The notes under the pieces are model-generated. The model was not told the DNA's origin and did no database searches. It was given only the letters and a program-made list of their open reading frames with translations. This document shows positions 62,971 through 64,000 of a stretch of DNA of 64,000 bases, piece after piece. Numbering within the stretch: position 1 is the first letter of the stretch; each line of letters begins with the position of its first letter. Source of the DNA: Haliotis rufescens. Lineage: Eukaryota. The DNA is taken from positions 6,758,001 through 6,822,000 of the forward strand of contig NW_025964372.1 of assembly GCF_023055435.1 (NCBI RefSeq). Direction: 5' to 3'. A program made the translations under genes and the position numbers.

Positions 62971-64000
62971 ACGGAACATCTGAGTCGCTGTACTGATGCT
63001 GATGGTGTTAATAGTGGTGTCATTGACAACATCTGAGCGCCGTGATGATTCTGATAATGACGCTGCTAATGATGGTAATGGTAGTGATGGTGACATTGAC
63101 AATATCTAAGACAGACGCCGGTGTCGAAGGAAATAAAGCACAGTCCTATATAGACAGCGCTATATCCACACATATCCACATAGCCTAACAATAAACCTTT
63201 GACTCTAAATCTTCATCGAAAATAAAATCCTCACTCTGACTTGTAGACGAATCTGGCTTATTGCATCAATGGACGGAGATCACCCCAGCGTGCACGGTCA
63301 ACGCGATCTGGGTCACTCTGACCCAGCCCGGGATGTACAAATGCCGTATTGAATCGAATCGATACGCGGTCGTATAAAAGCAAATAGTCGGCGTCCAATA
63401 ACGCACGGGGCTGTCTTATCAAAGAAGAACGAGTGGCAATTTATGAGAATTTGATTTTTGTTGAAAATGTTTACGATAACTAGCAGTAAAACGCACTCAA
63501 AGACGAAATGCCGCGAGCGGCGATCCATTCAGAACAAGGTTCCTCAAGGGACTGAGGTTGAATATATGTAAAATCGTTTCCATACTGAAGTGTTGACACT
63601 GAACTCGAGCTTACAGGAACTGAGTATGAATAGGCTCTAAGCTTTAAGGTGTTTTTTCCGATCACTGAGCAGTGTGATTGTTGTTGGCTGAGAATATTTT
63701 GTAAGTACACAAGGACAACTTGCTTACATAATTATGTCAAAAGCCTTCAAGAGAGGGCGTGCCAAAAGTATAAAGAAATTAAATGCCCACATCTAGTCTG
63801 TCTCACAGTCCCTGGGCCAGATTAAATCCCCTGACCTGCCCTTTCTGTAATGCCCTTAATGAAGCAAGTCTACATTTTCCTCAGATTCAGGTTCTGTATC
63901 TCCCACCTCACTGGGGCTCCTTTTCAATTTTAATGGTTTTTTTTGTTTCTATCAAAATTATATTTTTTTAAGCGTTAGTCTAACCCGCATCTATCAACCT

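Overview
Eukaryotic, intron- and repeat-rich invertebrate DNA. It is probably a gastropod mollusc (abalone-like), inferred only from the SINE repertoire. Two intact protein genes were assembled by hand from splice sites. (1) The last three coding exons of a fatty-acid transport protein gene (FATP/SLC27A; + strand; 580-744, 2397-2543, 4463-4620), with a possibly ~4.6 kb 3' UTR. (2) A convergent 4-exon GAPR-1/GLIPR2-like CAP-domain gene (- strand; 50418-50403, 38290-38129, 23266-23144, 20166-20000; 155 aa) that lacks both conserved CAP histidines. Between them lie an intronless class A GPCR pseudogene that no single ORF reveals (11081-12384), a paralogous GPCR fragment and a decayed Tc1 transposase. 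The rest is SINE-like families, MITEs, foldback hairpins and large minisatellites. The most interesting signal is the 5' head of an abundant short non-tRNA retroposon (at least 13 copies). It starts at a fixed GACCCG and can fold into a pseudoknot plus a conserved hairpin, making it a candidate self-processing RNA or ribozyme. An assembly gap lies at 62799-62970.
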